A stretch of 64,000 nucleotides of DNA from Acidimicrobiales bacterium. Lineage in GTDB: Bacteria > Actinomycetota > Acidimicrobiia > Acidimicrobiales > SZUA-35. A program made the translations under genes and the position numbers. The stretch lies in NCBI GenBank assembly GCA_020629155.1, contig JAHDDW010000006.1:48403-112402 (forward strand), written 5' to 3'. Below, in pieces: positions 63,813 through 64,000 of this stretch (the first letter of the stretch is position 1; each line of letters opens with the position of its first letter). The notes below the pieces were generated by a model. That model had not been told where the DNA came from. It saw only the letters and a program-made list of their open reading frames with translations, and ran no database searches.

Positions 63813-63835
63813 CATGATTTCTCACGAGTCAATCG

Positions 63836-64000
63836 TTATTCAGGTATTTCCATAACAGGTCTGATTTCTATGGTCCCTGATTTTGCTGCTGGAATATCGC
63901 ATGCGATTTTCACGGCTTCATCAAAGTCGGCGCATTCAAGTAGATAGAACCCACCTAGTACTTCTTTGCTCTCAAGAAAAGGTCCATCGGTTGTAATAGC
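63836..64000 (-). CDS. YciI-like (DGPF domain) protein, N-terminus beyond the window edge
   Basis: Absent from the track because it is edge-truncated. The reverse strand reads ...AITTDGPFLESKEVLGGFYLLECADFDEAVKIACDIPAAKSGTIEIRPVMEIPE*, which is the TDGPFxExKE...GGF...EVRP pattern of YCII/DGPF proteins. Confidence 0.7.
   Translation of the reverse strand, partial: AITTDGPFLESKEVLGGFYLLECADFDEAVKIACDIPAAKSGTIEIRPVMEIPE

Overview
This 64-kb chromosomal window comes from an Actinomycetota genome. That assignment is an inference from synteny: pdtaR-polA-rpsA and thrS-HIT-pgsA-acyltransferase-pimA...pdxS-pdxT follow the order I recall for M. tuberculosis Rv1626-Rv1630 and Rv2614c-Rv2604c. GC looks only moderate by eye, which suggests an Acidimicrobiia-like lineage. 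Most of the window is core housekeeping: murA, polA, rpsA, thrS, PIM lipid genes, pdxST, trkAH, glbO, pcrA, a second UvrD-family helicase, redox proteins and transporters. It also holds a pilin-less Tad/Flp assembly cluster (cpaB-tadZ-tadA-tadB-tadC) and two tRNAs (Lys-CTT, His-GTG). Small accessory patches are a HigBA-like TA pair with an eroded toxin start, a BrnTA pair, an Rpn-family nuclease, and an AAA ATPase plus an orphan ORF bracketed by 25-nt direct repeats. Four signals are the least explained. (1) A composite intergenic element (covarying stem-loop plus a CCGCTSCGCT box) recurs at least 10 times. (2) A complete ATP-dependent DNA-ligase core is translationally coupled to a 235-aa protein with no recognisable domain, near a 202-aa acidic protein and upstream of polA, with none of the usual ligase partners. 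(3) An HtpX/M48 homologue has lost HExxH. (4) A D-aminoacylase is split by a 1-nt insertion in a T run. No CRISPR array, rRNA or intact transposon/prophage was seen. All homology calls come from reading motifs in the translations. No database search was run.
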